From Octopus sinensis (lineage: Eukaryota): a DNA stretch of 64,000 bases. The DNA lies in NCBI RefSeq assembly GCF_006345805.1, contig NC_043007.1:12462001-12526000 (forward strand), in the 5' to 3' direction. Each line of letters starts with the position of its first letter. The first letter of the stretch is position 1. Made by a program: the position numbers and the translations under genes. Of this stretch, positions 63,250-64,000 are shown in pieces. The notes below the pieces were generated by a model. That model was not told the DNA's origin. It saw only the letters and a list, made by a program, of their open reading frames with translations, and ran no database searches.

Positions 63250-63680
63250 TAGGTGTGGGGGTGGCTGTAAGGTAAGAAATTTGCTTCCCAACCACATGGT
63301 CACAGGTCCTGACACACCATGTAGTCCTTGGGCAAGTGTCTTCTACAATAGCCCCAGGGGCCAACCAAAGCCTAATGAGTGAATTTGGCAGATGGAAGCT
63401 GAAAGAGACCCATCGTATGTGTGTGTATGTGTGTGTATGTGTGTGTATGTGTGCATGTGTTTATGAGTGCATGTGTGTCGGTATTTGTGCTTGTCACTCA
63501 CCACTGCTTGACAATCGTTGTTGGCTTCTTTATGTCCCCATCACTTAGCAGTTCAGTAATAGAGAGTAATATAATAAGTACAAGGCTTCAAAAATAAGTA
63601 CTGGGTTGTTTGGCTATACCTTTCAAGGCAATGCCCCAGCATGGTCACAGTCTAATGACTGAAATGAGTACAACAAGGTG
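63250..63680 (+). mobile_element. Degenerate family A SINE
   Basis: Head, body and tail recognisable. Confidence 0.75.
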
Positions 63681-64000
63681 AAAGAAGATATATATTTATA
63701 TATAATATACATTCATCCATTCATAGTAAATATTCATTCATTCATAGTAAATAAATAAGAAAGGTGTAGTTTTTCTCAACAATGCAAGGTGCATTATATA
63801 GCATTGCATAATTCTGCATTGTTGTGTAACCATTCAATTTCATCAGATGATATTCAGTCTTCAGTTGGCAAAATACAACAACTTCTCTAACAGTGTTTAA
63901 TTACATATTATTATTTAGCATTACTAATAAATAACCATGCTTTTGAAACACATGTAGTGATGTTTTGAATTATCCATTCTTTATTATTTACTAATATAAT

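Overview
This is AT-rich, microsatellite-saturated metazoan DNA. The repeat families look like octopus (inference from recalled repeat sequences, not a database match). The only recognisable host gene piece is the first coding exon of a BRSK/SAD-1 kinase (minus strand, 10786-10861, [32 protein letters not shown]). Bases 1-10785 are therefore probably its intron 1, and ~11.6-64 kb is probably upstream sequence. The rest is mostly transposon debris: several tRNA-derived SINE families, many RTE LINE 3' ends, CR1/L2 ends, a decayed mariner transposase, a decayed Ty3/Gypsy pol carrying nested insertions, mariner-like, piggyBac-like and fold-back MITEs, minisatellites and one 100-N gap. Most notable: (i) at least seven type-I hammerhead-ribozyme-like motifs from about six unrelated sequence contexts, most with the short or palindromic stem III typical of Penelope/retrozyme hammerheads. 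One has an intact core (25845-25976) and two form a 244-nt tandem pair behind a tRNA-like head. (ii) An isolated ~580-bp 28S rRNA fragment bracketed by inverted repeats. (iii) A sixfold CCAAT-12bp-CRE array with TATA and Inr next to the gap. (iv) SINE multimers with an identical junction at three loci. No CRISPR, prokaryotic genes or intact tRNA genes were seen. Repeat boundaries are approximate (about +/-20 bp).
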